From an uncultured delta proteobacterium (GTDB lineage: Bacteria; Myxococcota_A; UBA9160; UBA4427): DNA of 64,000 nt. The first letter of the stretch is position 1. The number at the start of each line of letters is the position of its first letter. Shown here piece by piece: positions 7,390-17,250 of the stretch. A program made the position numbers and the translations under genes. Below the pieces are notes generated by a model. The model worked only from the letters and a program-made list of their open reading frames with translations. It had not been told where the DNA came from and searched no databases. Where the stretch lies: the NCBI GenBank assembly GCA_963822965.1, contig CAWGJT010000005.1, forward strand, positions 800,001 through 864,000. The letters are read 5' to 3'.

Positions 7390-10325
7390 TGCCCGTCACC
7401 CGTCGTTGCAGGCTCCTGCTGGCCTCCGCCCTGCTGGCCGTCGTCTCGGTGGGCACGGGCTGCTCGGACCTCCCCGCCATCCTCGTCGCGACCCCGGTCC
7501 ACGGCGCGTTCACCCTGGACCCGGCGGTCACCGTGAGCGGCATGGCGGCGAACATCGACCCGGCCAACGCCTCGCTCACCGTGAACGACGAGCCCGTCGC
7601 CGTGCAGCCGGGAGGCGCATTCCAGACCACCGTCACCATCGACCCGGCCATCGTCTTCAACCCGATCGTCATCGAGCTGACGGACACCGCCAACGGCTAC
7701 GTGACCCGTAAACGGATCACCGTCATCGCCGGCGAATCCGTCGCGGACGGGGACTACTCGCCCGCGAGCATCGCCCTGCGCATCAACGACTCGGGCCTCG
7801 ACACCCTCGAGGGAGTGGTCTCGGATCTCGTCGACTTCGACCCGTCGGCGCTCGCGGCCCCGGGCACCGTCGTCCTGGACGAGTGCGTGTCCCGGCTCTT
7901 CGGCTTGTGCGTCGGCAGCGCCAAGGTGACCGTGGTGAACCCGCCGCCTGCCATCTCGGGCTTCGGGATCGAGATGGACTCGATGACGAACTTCGTGGCC
8001 GCCGACGTCCTCGTCGACGACCTCGTGCTGAACCTCGACATCGACGGCAGCGGCATCGTCCCGAGCTGCGGGCTGGTGATCACCGCCGCGACGACGGACA
8101 TCCTGGGAGACTACTCGCTCGAGCCGGACGCGGCCGACTCCACGACGGTGGACGTCAACCAGCTCCCGGGCGTCCAGGTGGTCTTCGGGAGCTTCCAGGA
8201 CGATCTGAACGGCGGCATCTGCGACGTGCCGATCATCGGTGACATCATCCAGCTCTTCCTGCCCGACATCCAGACGCTCTTCACCAACGGCTTCCTCGAC
8301 CTGCTCGAGGACCCGGACGGCGCCGGGTCCCAGGATGCGGTCATCGCCGACGCGATCGAAGAGGCCCTGGCGGGAATCGAGATCTCCGGCCCCATCGGTC
8401 AGAGCCTCGGCGTGGTGCTCGAGACACCGATGTTCGGCATCCCGGAGGACCCGAACGGACTCACCCTGGGCACGGACACCCGGGTGATGGCGTCCATCGG
8501 GACGGGGGTCGGCCAGTGCGACGCGCCACCGGGAACGCCGGACCTGGCGGCCTCGTTCCACGTCGACGAGCCCTTCCCGTCCTTCGGGACGACGACGCCC
8601 GGCGGCCTGCCCTACCAGCTCGGCATCTGCATCTCGACGTCCGCGTTCAACCAGCTCTTGAAGGCGCAGATCGAGTGCGGCCTGCTGCAGCTGCAGCTCA
8701 CCGAGCTCGACCTCGGCACCGGTCCGCTGCCGCTCACGGCGGGGACCCTCTCCCTGCTGATCCCCGAGCTGGGCGTCTTCCCGCCGGCTTCGCCCCTGGT
8801 GCTCGAGCTGCACCCCACCCTCGCGCCGCTGCTGACGGGCAACCCCGGCCCGGCCGGTGAGCTGGCCGAGCTGCGCATGGGCCAGCTCGAGCTCGAGCTG
8901 CGGGACGCGACGCCCGGCGTCGAACGCCCGCTGCTCGTCGTGGCGATCGACTTCCGGGCGGGCCTGGAGCTGCTGGTGGACGACGCCACCGACCAGCTGG
9001 CGCCGACGCTGACCGGACTCGATCCCCAGGACGTGAACATCACCTTCATCGACAACCTCGTGCAGACGGACGAGGCGACCCTGAAGGCCGCCCTGCCGAC
9101 CCTGCTCAGCGTGGCGCTGCCGCAGCTCGGCTCGAGTCTGGGCTCCTTCCCGATCCCGAGCTTCCTCGACCTGGAGCTCGACCCCGTGGAGATCTCCCGG
9201 GCCGGCCAGTTCATGTCGATCTTCGCCGACCTGACCGTGCCGCTGCTCGGCAACGGAAACATGGAGACCGTGGCCGACGGTCCGGCGGACGGCCTGGACT
9301 GGGAGGGCGACGCCTTCACGATCGTGGCCGCCGAGAACGGCGTCACGCCCCAGAACGGAAGCGCGATGCTGCGCTTCGACGGTACGGCTCCCGGCGGCGC
9401 CTCCGCGGGTCCGGACGCCATCGTCTCCCAGGAGGTCGACCTCGCCGCCCATGCCGCCGAGATCGCCACCGGGCACGCCAGCTTCCAGGCGACCGCCTTC
9501 TTCGACCGGGTCGACGCGGGTCCGGACACGGACAGCGAGTTCCAGATCGTCCTCGAAGCGCTCGACGGAGGCGGGCTCGTCGTGGCGTCCGCCGGCCGCA
9601 TCCTGGCGAGCGACGGCGACCCGGCCGGCTGGGAGGACCACGTCACGGGGCTGCTGCTGCCCGCCGGCACCGCCCGCGTGCGGGTGAGCCTGGTGGCCAG
9701 CGAGAACGTCCTCGACGACACGGTGTCGCCCGAGTTCGACGGACACTACGCGGACAACGCCCGGGCCCGCATGCTGCCGCCCCTCGTGGTCGACAACGGC
9801 GACATGGAGAATGCGTCCGACGGGCTCGGCGACGGCGTGGGCTGGGAGAACGATCTCTTCTCGATCGTCGGCGCCGAGAACGGCGTCTCTCCCCACGGCG
9901 GCTCCTCGATGCTCCGCTTCGACGCCACCAACGGCACCAGCGCCAGCACCCAGGGCGCCGCCAACGTCTTGCAGACCGTCGACGTGAGCGAGTACGCGAA
10001 GCTGATCCAGACGGGCACCGCCACGATCAACGCCAGCGCCTTCTTCGACCGGGTGGACCTCGACGCCCAGACGGATACGCAGTTCTTCCTGGTGCTCGTG
10101 GCGCAGGACGCCGGCGGCAGCAACCTGGGCCAGATCTTCACGCCGATCTTCACGGACGCCGACGTCGGCACCTGGGAGCCCCACCAGACGAGCCTGGTCC
10201 TGCCGGCCGCGACCGTGCAGGTGCAGGTGCAGCTGCTGGCCTTCGAGAACGTCGCGAACGACAGCGTCGCGCCCGAGTTCGACGGACACTACGCGGACGA
10301 CGTGAGCGTGTGGATCACGCCCTGA
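7386..10325 (+). CDS. Large lipoprotein: Ig-like domain, BPI/LBP-like region and two tandem C-terminal galactose-binding-like domains
   Basis: Lipobox-like VSVGTGC. IALRINDSGLD and LGICISTSAFNQLL recall the two BPI/LBP halves. An about 180-aa C-terminal domain is duplicated (NGxME...SQEVDL...AFFDRVD...LPAGT...PEFDGHYAD). ATGA overlap with the upstream gene. Confidence 0.75.
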   Translation: MMPVTRRCRLLLASALLAVVSVGTGCSDLPAILVATPVHGAFTLDPAVTVSGMAANIDPANASLTVNDEPVAVQPGGAFQTTVTIDPAIVFNPIVIELTDTANGYVTRKRITVIAGESVADGDYSPASIALRINDSGLDTLEGVVSDLVDFDPSALAAPGTVVLDECVSRLFGLCVGSAKVTVVNPPPAISGFGIEMDSMTNFVAADVLVDDLVLNLDIDGSGIVPSCGLVITAATTDILGDYSLEPDAADSTTVDVNQLPGVQVVFGSFQDDLNGGICDVPIIGDIIQLFLPDIQTLFTNGFLDLLEDPDGAGSQDAVIADAIEEALAGIEISGPIGQSLGVVLETPMFGIPEDPNGLTLGTDTRVMASIGTGVGQCDAPPGTPDLAASFHVDEPFPSFGTTTPGGLPYQLGICISTSAFNQLLKAQIECGLLQLQLTELDLGTGPLPLTAGTLSLLIPELGVFPPASPLVLELHPTLAPLLTGNPGPAGELAELRMGQLELELRDATPGVERPLLVVAIDFRAGLELLVDDATDQLAPTLTGLDPQDVNITFIDNLVQTDEATLKAALPTLLSVALPQLGSSLGSFPIPSFLDLELDPVEISRAGQFMSIFADLTVPLLGNGNMETVADGPADGLDWEGDAFTIVAAENGVTPQNGSAMLRFDGTAPGGASAGPDAIVSQEVDLAAHAAEIATGHASFQATAFFDRVDAGPDTDSEFQIVLEALDGGGLVVASAGRILASDGDPAGWEDHVTGLLLPAGTARVRVSLVASENVLDDTVSPEFDGHYADNARARMLPPLVVDNGDMENASDGLGDGVGWENDLFSIVGAENGVSPHGGSSMLRFDATNGTSASTQGAANVLQTVDVSEYAKLIQTGTATINASAFFDRVDLDAQTDTQFFLVLVAQDAGGSNLGQIFTPIFTDADVGTWEPHQTSLVLPAATVQVQVQLLAFENVANDSVAPEFDGHYADDVSVWITP

Positions 10326-10330
10326 GGCGC

Positions 10331-10411
10331 GCTCCATCCGCGTGAGGCAGCCCGCGGCTTCAGCCCGTGGCTTCATCCGCGTGAGGCAGCCCGCGGCTCC
10401 ATCCGCGTGAG
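10331..10411. repeat. Intergenic imperfect tandem repeat (26-bp unit, 13-bp sub-period)
   Basis: GCTCCATCCGCGTGAGGCAGCCCGCG-like units at 10331, 10370 and 10396 (partial), between convergent genes. Confidence 0.7.
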
Positions 10412-10422
10412 CCGGCCCGAGG

Positions 10423-11643
10423 TCAGCTCGCCGCCACCAGGTCGCGGTAGTCGTCCGGCATCAGGGCTTCGAGCCGCGCCGTCCACCCCCGGATCAGGGT
10501 GTCCCCGCGTCCGCTCGAGAAGTCGATCATCTCGGCTCCGGCGATGACGCGGTAGACCACGAAGAGCATCGACAGGCGGTAGTCCCGCAGGCAGGCCTCG
10601 AAGTCGTAGCCGTCCACGCCGTGCTCGCACAGCGCTTCGTGGTAGGCCGACACCAGCTGCCGCTCGCAGCCCGCCGCCACCTCCGCGGGGAGGTTGCCGC
10701 TCACGAAGTAGGCCGCGTCCAGCGCTCCGGGACCCCGGCACACGGACTGCCAGTCGAAGGCGGTGACGCGCGTCGCGGCGCCCTCGCCCTGCAGGAAGAG
10801 ATTGTCGAGCCGGTAGTCGCCGTGCAGGAGCGTGCACGGGGCCTCGCCGATCCGCCTCGTCAACGCGGGGCCGTGCTCCTGCAGCCAGTCGGCCAGCTCG
10901 ACGAAACGCGGCGGCAGGGATGCGCCGAAGCCGGCGAAGAAGCCTCGGCGATGCTTCCGGTAGAGAACGTCGAGGTAGCGGCTCAGGGCGTACACGGGAG
11001 GCACCCAGCCGAGCCCAGCGAGATCCGCGTGCTGCCACCACCGCGCGTGGACGACCGCGATGTGACGCAGCACCGACTCCGCCTCCTCGCAGGTGCAGCC
11101 TGCGACCTGGTCTCCCAGCCGCCGCGCGGGTGCGAGGTCCTCGAGCAGCAGCAGGTAGCGGCGCCGGCTCCGCGCCGCGAGCCACATGCCGAAGGGCACC
11201 AGGATGCGCACGAGCCAGCGCGGCAGGCGATCGAGGAAATCCAGGATCTCCTGCTCCCGACCCGCCGCCGGGTTCGGGTCCATGGAAGCGTGGTAGCAGA
11301 CGGGCTTCGGAATCGGAACCGCGTCGGCGAGCTCGCCGTAGAAGCGCACCTCGCGCTCGTAGGCGCCCAGGGCTTCTCCGAGCTGGCGGTTGCGATCGAG
11401 CCCGATGGGCAGCTTCGCGATCACGGAGTCCGGCGCTCCGGCCTCGAGACGATCGTAGTCGAGCCGCAGACGCACGATCTGGCCGACGAAGCCCTCGCCC
11501 TCGCCCAGCCGCTGGGGCTCGCACGCGATCACGCGGCTCTCCCGAATCACACCGCACTGCCGCAACACGGCGGTCAGCCAGTCGGGGCTGAGCTCCTCGA
11601 CGCGCTGGGGGATGTCCGGCGCGGGAAGCCGTCTGGTGGGCAT
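10423..11643 (-). CDS. Phosphotransferase (EcKinase/APH-like)
   Basis: SVIAKLP, REVRFYGEL, LLLEDL, TLLHGDYRLDNLF and FDWQ motifs. Confidence 0.88.
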   Translation of the reverse strand: MPTRRLPAPDIPQRVEELSPDWLTAVLRQCGVIRESRVIACEPQRLGEGEGFVGQIVRLRLDYDRLEAGAPDSVIAKLPIGLDRNRQLGEALGAYEREVRFYGELADAVPIPKPVCYHASMDPNPAAGREQEILDFLDRLPRWLVRILVPFGMWLAARSRRRYLLLLEDLAPARRLGDQVAGCTCEEAESVLRHIAVVHARWWQHADLAGLGWVPPVYALSRYLDVLYRKHRRGFFAGFGASLPPRFVELADWLQEHGPALTRRIGEAPCTLLHGDYRLDNLFLQGEGAATRVTAFDWQSVCRGPGALDAAYFVSGNLPAEVAAGCERQLVSAYHEALCEHGVDGYDFEACLRDYRLSMLFVVYRVIAGAEMIDFSSGRGDTLIRGWTARLEALMPDDYRDLVAAS

Positions 11644-11757
11644 CGGCCGTCACTCCAGGAATCGGACAGCGAAGCGGATCGGCGCAGCATATCACGCACG
11701 TGCGAGCGCGGATCGCGGACCGAGCCGACGGGACGCGATCCGCGATAGCATGTCGCC

Positions 11758-12423
11758 ATGAATCTCCTCTACACCGCGCACGTACCGTCGGGCGCCGGTC
11801 CCTTCCCGACGGTGCTCGCGCTGCATGGTTGGGGTGCAGGCGCCCATGACCTGCTGGGCCTCTCGCCCTACCTCCACCGCGGCGGGGCGCTCGTCCTGTG
11901 TCCGCAGGGACCGGTCGCGATCCAGACCGCTCCCGGGCAGACGGGCTACGGGTGGTTTCCGATCACCGCCGGTCGGCCCCCGGATCCCTCGGCCTTCGCG
12001 AAGGGACGCGACGCGCTGGCCGCCTTCGTCGATGAGGCCTTCGCGCGCTATCCGGTGGATCCGCGAAAGACCGTCGTCCTGGGCTTCAGCCAGGGCGGCG
12101 TGATGGGCTTCGACCTCGTCCTGCGCTCGCCGGAACGCTTCGCGGGCCTGGCGGCGCTCTCGACCTGGCTGCCGGACGAGCTCACGAGCCAGGTCGCCGA
12201 CGGCGAAGCGCTCCAGCGCTTCCCCGTCCTGCTCCAGCACGGCACGGCGGACCCCATGATCCCCGTCGAGCGCGCGCGGGAGTCCCGCCAGCGCCTGACC
12301 CGGTTGGGTGTCGATCTCAGCTATCGCGAGTACGACATGCAGCACGAGGTGCAAGCGGAGTCGCTGCGCGACCTCGTCGCGTGGATGGACGAGAAGGTCT
12401 TCGAGCCGATTCGGCTCGCGTGA
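11758..12423 (+). CDS. Phospholipase/carboxylesterase
   Basis: LHGWG, GFSQGG, HGTADPMIP and MQHEV motifs. Confidence 0.9.
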   Translation: MNLLYTAHVPSGAGPFPTVLALHGWGAGAHDLLGLSPYLHRGGALVLCPQGPVAIQTAPGQTGYGWFPITAGRPPDPSAFAKGRDALAAFVDEAFARYPVDPRKTVVLGFSQGGVMGFDLVLRSPERFAGLAALSTWLPDELTSQVADGEALQRFPVLLQHGTADPMIPVERARESRQRLTRLGVDLSYREYDMQHEVQAESLRDLVAWMDEKVFEPIRLA

Positions 12424-12522
12424 CCCGGCGGCCGGCCCGAGCCGGCGGGCCTGGGAGCGCGGCCCAAGACCCGGTCTTGGGCCGCGGTTCCGGCGCAAAG
12501 GGAGCCCAACGGGCTCCCTTTG

Positions 12523-13297
12523 TCAGTCGAGGTCTACGATCACCGGCGCGTGGTCCGAGGCCGTCAACCCGTCCTTCTTCTTGCGATACTCGCGGTCGAT
12601 CTCCACGGAGCGCACCCGCTCCAGGGCGCTTCGGGTGGCCAGCACGAAGTCGATGCGCAGGCCGAGACCACGGTGGAAGGCGCCGCCGCGGTAGTCCCAC
12701 CACGAGAACTCGCGGCTCTCGGGGTGCCGCTGTCGAAAGACGTCGTACAGACCCCAGTCGAGCAGCCGCCGGATCCGCGTCCTCTCCTCGTCGGTGTGGA
12801 AGATGTGGCCGCTGGTGCTCCTCTTCGCTCCAGGTGTCGAGGGGACCCGGGCACACGTTGAAGTCGCCACAGACGACGGCGGGCTCCTCCGGGTCGGCCG
12901 TCTGCTCGAGGTGCTCCGCCAAGGCGTCGAACCAGGCGAGCTTCTTCGGAAAATCCTCGTGGCCGACCGCCTTGCCGTTCGGGCAGTAGACGGTGGTGAA
13001 GACGAGATCCTCGACTCGTGCGGTGACCAGCCGGGCGCCCAGCTCCCCCTGCCCGGGCAGCCCGCGCTGCAGCAACACGGCCGGCTTGCGGCTCAGGATC
13101 GCCACGCCGTTCCAGGCCTTCTGGCCGTGGGTCACCGCACCGTAGCCCTCGGCCTCGAAGACGTCCGCTGGAAAGCCCTCGTCCTCGAGCTTCAGCTCCT
13201 GCAGACCGACGACGTCGGGCTGGCGCGCACGCAGCCAGTGCAGCACGAAGTCCATGCGGGCCCGAAGGCCGTTGACGTTCCAGGTGGCGATGCGCAT
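12523..13297 (-). CDS. xth: Exodeoxyribonuclease III (one frameshift near 12812)
   Basis: MRIATWNVNG, LQELK, YCPNG and GDFN are in one frame. FSWWDYR, GLRID and SDHAPV are in the next frame (ORF 12523..12870). Confidence 0.9.
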
Positions 13298-13340
13298 GGG
13301 GCAGGAGGGTAGCAGCCGGCCGAAGCGCCCGTCCCACCGC

Positions 13341-13700
13341 TCAACGCGACGAGAGCGGCATCGCCAGCAGCGCCAGCCAGCCGGCGATCAGGCACAGCCC
13401 GCCCAGCGGAGTCACCGGCCCCAGCCACGAAGCACGCGTCAGCACCAGGGCGTAGATCGACCCGGAGAAGAGCAGGATGCCCAGGGCGAAGAGCGTGGCG
13501 GGCCACTGGACCGCGCGGCCGGATTGCGCGGCGTAGAGCGCCAGGGCCAGCAGCACCACGCTGTGCAGCAGGTGGTACTGGCTGGCCGTCGTCCAGGCCT
13601 GGAGGGACTCCGCCGCCACCCGTCCACGTAGGCCGTGGGCGCCGAAGGCGCCCGCCACCACGGCGAGGGCACCGGAGAGCGCTGCAATTGCGATCCACAT
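13341..13700 (-). CDS. DUF423 (YgdD/TMEM256) family membrane protein
   Basis: AGAFGAHGL, YHLLH, LFSGSIY and GPVTPLGG motifs. Confidence 0.92.
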   Translation of the reverse strand: MWIAIAALSGALAVVAGAFGAHGLRGRVAAESLQAWTTASQYHLLHSVVLLALALYAAQSGRAVQWPATLFALGILLFSGSIYALVLTRASWLGPVTPLGGLCLIAGWLALLAMPLSSR

Positions 13701-15037
13701 CAGGGGGACTCCACGGCTCGCTCGCGGCCGGCTCGCCGGCCCGAAGCGTCTCGAGGGTTGACTCGTTCCGGACTTCGCTGTCGTCTCGCCATTTCGCTCA
13801 GCAACGGCGCGGAGGCGCAGATCAGCAGTAGCGCACCGAGGGGTCGGGCGTTCAGGCCGGCGCGGAGCCAGGCGTCCGTCTCGCGCTGGACGTACCAGGC
13901 GTTCTCGTGGCTCTCGGGACCCCCGGCGAGCGCGGTGCCCAGCACGAAGAGGACCACCACCGCGGCGCGGCAGGCGGGCGGCAGGTCGATCTCGCGCTGC
14001 TGCCACCAGAACGGCAGCAGCGCGAGGGGCACCAGCAGAAAGAGGTAGTAGTGGATCCAGACGATGGGAAACACGAGCACCATCAGCGCCACGCCGAGCC
14101 CCAGCTCGAGCTCGAGGCTTCCGGCTCGCGGGTCGCGATCGGGGGGCGGTCGCGCTGGCCACAGCAGCCCGCGACCCGTCGCCAGCAGCAGGCCCGCCAG
14201 CGCCGCGATCACGGCGTAGACGGCGAGCCGCTCGCCCGCGGGCCGCGGCACCGGCACCCAGTCGGCCAGTCCCCGATCCGAGAGCAGGCGCATGAATGCG
14301 CCGTCGAGGCTCTGGTTGTTGAAGGCGGCGTGCACCCGACCGAAGTTGTCGAGGATCACGCGATCGGCGTACTCGTACATGCGCCCCGGACCGAAGAAGA
14401 CGAAGGACGCGAGAACCGCGGCCGCCACCACCGCCGCCGCCACACCCGTCATGCCCAGGCGGCGCCGCAGGGCCAGCAGCGGCAGCAGCAGCAGCGGTGG
14501 AATCTTGATGCCGCAGACGAAGCCCAGCAGCAGGCCGGCCCACCGCCCGCGACCTTCCCGGGCCAGCAGGTAGACGAGCGCGAAGACCACCACCAGGAGG
14601 GGCGTCGTCTGCCCGAGCGCCAGGCAGCGACGCATGACCGGCGCGAAGGCGAAGAAGACGAGGGCCACGAGCGCGGCCCGGGGCAGGTCGAGTGGCGGGA
14701 AGTACCGATGCACCGCGAAGAGGAGCAGCCCGAAGACGAGGGCGAAGCAGGCCACGCTGACCCACCACCACAGCTCCCAGGCGGCCTCGTAGTCCAGCCA
14801 ACCCAGGGGCATGCAGAGCACCGCCACCACCGGCAGGTTCGTGAACCACTTCCGCTGGGTGGAGTAGATGCGGTCGGGGTGCCCTTCGAGCAGGACGCGA
14901 CCTGCCCCCCAGTAGGCGGGAAAGTCGTTCAGGCGCACGCCGTGGACCGCGGGCAGGGAGAGGGCGAAGTGGAGCGCCACTGCGGCGATCAGGATGCCGC
15001 CGCCGATCCCGCGCGCGCGCCGGCCGCTCCGCGCCAC
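13700..15037 (-). CDS. GT87/DUF2029-like GT-C membrane glycosyltransferase
   Basis: NDFPAYWGAG, LGQTT, GIKIPP, NNQSL and PIVWIHY motifs, with multiple TM helices. Confidence 0.82.
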   Translation of the reverse strand: MARSGRRARGIGGGILIAAVALHFALSLPAVHGVRLNDFPAYWGAGRVLLEGHPDRIYSTQRKWFTNLPVVAVLCMPLGWLDYEAAWELWWWVSVACFALVFGLLLFAVHRYFPPLDLPRAALVALVFFAFAPVMRRCLALGQTTPLLVVVFALVYLLAREGRGRWAGLLLGFVCGIKIPPLLLLPLLALRRRLGMTGVAAAVVAAAVLASFVFFGPGRMYEYADRVILDNFGRVHAAFNNQSLDGAFMRLLSDRGLADWVPVPRPAGERLAVYAVIAALAGLLLATGRGLLWPARPPPDRDPRAGSLELELGLGVALMVLVFPIVWIHYYLFLLVPLALLPFWWQQREIDLPPACRAAVVVLFVLGTALAGGPESHENAWYVQRETDAWLRAGLNARPLGALLLICASAPLLSEMARRQRSPERVNPRDASGRRAGRERAVESP

Positions 15038-15038
15038 G

Positions 15039-16127
15039 TCAGTCGAGAGCGCGAACCAGCTGCAACGCGCTCTCGGCCAGCATGTCGATGCGCTTCTTGA
15101 ACACCGCCGTGTCGGGGCTGTCGTCGCCCATCACGCCCTTCAGGTAGCGGGAGAGCACCCCCTCGACGATGGCCGCCAGGCGCCAGTACTGGAACGAGCG
15201 GTAGTAGTCGACGTTCGTGACCTCGTGACCCGTCTGCTTCGAGTAGGCCTCGATGAACTCCGCTCGGGTCGGGAACCCACCCGCGGCGGTCGGCGAAACC
15301 GCCGTCTCGGCGGTCATGGGATCGCCGGGCTGCGCCCAGTTGTTCATGATGTACCCGACGTCCGCCAGCGTGTCGCCCAGGGTGCAGAGCTCCCAGTCGA
15401 GCACCGCTCGCACCGTCGAGTCCTCGCCGGAGAGCATGTTGCCCAGCCGATAGTCGCCGTGGACGATGCCGGTGAAGGTCTGCTCGGGCTTCGCCGCGAG
15501 GAGCAGCTCGTAGGTCTCCTCCATCGCGGGCAGCTCGCGCGTCTTCGACTTCTCCCACTGGGTGCGCCAGCGCTTCAGCTGCCGGTCGAGGTAGGCCTGC
15601 TTGCGGCCGAGATCGCCGAGCCCGACGGCGTCGGGATCGACCAGGTGGAGTGCGCCCAGGGTCTCGATCACCGATTCACCGAGGACGCGGCGCTGCTCCG
15701 GTCGCGGCAGCACCCGGCTCGTGAGCTCGGCGGTGTCGAGCACGTGCCCGTCCACGAAGTCCATCACGTAGAACGGCGCGTCGTTCACCGAGACGTCCTC
15801 GCACAGGCCGAGGGCCCGGGGAACCGGGACGCTGGTCTTGCCGACGGCGCTGATGATGCGGTGCTCCCGCGCCATGTCGTGGGCGGTCGCCAGCACCGCT
15901 CCCAGCGGCGGCCGCCGCAAGACGGTCCGCACGCCCTTCGCGTCGGTCACGCGATACGTCAGATTCGAGTGCCCGCCCACGATGAGCTCGAAGCGGAACG
16001 GGGGCGCCGCGCCCTCGATGTGGTCGGCGAGCCAGGCGCTGACGGACGCCGCGCGGATTCCGCGGACGTCTCCGGCTGCTCCGGCTCGCTTCTCGGGGTC
16101 CCCGGCGGACGTCGTCGAGTCGCTCAT
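15039..16127 (-). CDS. Phosphotransferase family protein (ACAD10 N-terminal-like APH)
   Basis: GGHSNLTY, VLRRPP, AHDMARE, HGDYRLGN and LDWELCTLGD motifs. Confidence 0.9.
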   Translation of the reverse strand: MSDSTTSAGDPEKRAGAAGDVRGIRAASVSAWLADHIEGAAPPFRFELIVGGHSNLTYRVTDAKGVRTVLRRPPLGAVLATAHDMAREHRIISAVGKTSVPVPRALGLCEDVSVNDAPFYVMDFVDGHVLDTAELTSRVLPRPEQRRVLGESVIETLGALHLVDPDAVGLGDLGRKQAYLDRQLKRWRTQWEKSKTRELPAMEETYELLLAAKPEQTFTGIVHGDYRLGNMLSGEDSTVRAVLDWELCTLGDTLADVGYIMNNWAQPGDPMTAETAVSPTAAGGFPTRAEFIEAYSKQTGHEVTNVDYYRSFQYWRLAAIVEGVLSRYLKGVMGDDSPDTAVFKKRIDMLAESALQLVRALD

Positions 16128-16282
16128 GGAGGTATTCAACTCGATTCCACAGACCCCCGCCACGGCCGCCCGGACGCCTGCCGGCCGCCGCTCGGCACCG
16201 CGAACGCGTCCTGCCCGCTGCACCCTGCAGCGGGTGGGATGCGGACGAGGCGCGTCTCCGGCGGTCCAGACCGTTGCCCGGG

Positions 16283-16298
16283 TGGCACGGCGATTGCT
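16283..16298 (+). promoter_or_regulatory. Sigma-54 (-24/-12) promoter
   Basis: TGGCACGGCGATTGCT matches TGGCAC-N5-TTGC exactly and lies about 80 bp upstream of the ATG at 16376. Confidence 0.75.
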
Positions 16299-16375
16299 CC
16301 CCTCCCTCGCATCGCGCCCGTCGACGGGAGCGGCCGGACGAGAGCGCCGGCGGCGCCCGAGCGAAGGGGGAACGG

Positions 16376-17032
16376 ATGCACGGGAGACAGCCGCCGGAGA
16401 GCCGCGGGCGACGGGACGCTTCACGCGTCCGTCTCGCACACCTGGCCGGGGCACTCGTCGCCTCCGCGGTCGTCGCGTCCACCGTCGCGGCGGGGCCGAC
16501 GACGCCGGAGACCGTGCACCTGGACTCCGTCTGGCGCGCGAGCATGGCGGCCGGGCTCGACGCGTCGGACCTGGGCCATCCCGAGGCCGCCGCGCGCGAC
16601 TTCCGCCGGGCCGTGGCTCGCGCACGGGCCGGCCTCCCCGACGACGAGCTGGGCTTCAGCCTGTATCGGCTGGGCGATCTCCTCCGCGCGCGCCCCGACC
16701 TGTCCCGGGGCGAGTCGGCGGTCGCGCTGCTGGAGGAGGCGAGCATGCACCTGGCGCGCGCCTACGGTGCCGGCCACCCGGTGCTGCTGCCCGTGTGGGC
16801 CCGCATCGCGGTCCTGCGATCTCGAGCGGGCCAGCACGAGCGGGCGGCGGCGGCGCGCGCCGCAGCCGACGCAATCGCCGTGCGCTGCTTCCCCGATCGG
16901 CACTTCCTGCGCGAGCGATTCGGCACGACGCACGCGGCGTCCCTCGTCCACCCCCTCGAGGTGCTGCGCCTGCTCGAGGCCGAGGCCGGGCCCGACGAGG
17001 TCGCCCCGCAAGGCGTCCTGGCGCGCGACTAG
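16376..17032 (+). CDS. Secreted TPR-like hypothetical protein
   Basis: Hydrophobic N-terminal segment and helical repeats (SLYRLGDLL; LEEA...YGAGHP...RIAVL) resembling kinesin-light-chain-type TPRs. Confidence 0.55.
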   Translation: MHGRQPPESRGRRDASRVRLAHLAGALVASAVVASTVAAGPTTPETVHLDSVWRASMAAGLDASDLGHPEAAARDFRRAVARARAGLPDDELGFSLYRLGDLLRARPDLSRGESAVALLEEASMHLARAYGAGHPVLLPVWARIAVLRSRAGQHERAAAARAAADAIAVRCFPDRHFLRERFGTTHAASLVHPLEVLRLLEAEAGPDEVAPQGVLARD

Positions 17033-17250
17033 CCCTGATCCGTCATGCGGATCAGGGCGCAACTCCCAATGCCTGGCGAATCGCTGCGTCTTGCTCGGTC
17101 CGTGCCGCGATCCGAGCCCGACGCCCGGACCGGGCTCCCTCGGCCAGGCCGCGCCAGGCCGAGCTCCACCGCGTGCTCGATGCCGCGGAGGGGACCCCCG
17201 GGTTATCGTCGATCGCCGCGAGGCCGCACGCCGCCGGGGAGGACCAAGCC

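Noticed and set aside
12800..12825. Programmed frameshift or pseudogene in xth
   Set aside because: There is no slippery heptamer and both halves are intact, consistent with the window-wide indel errors.
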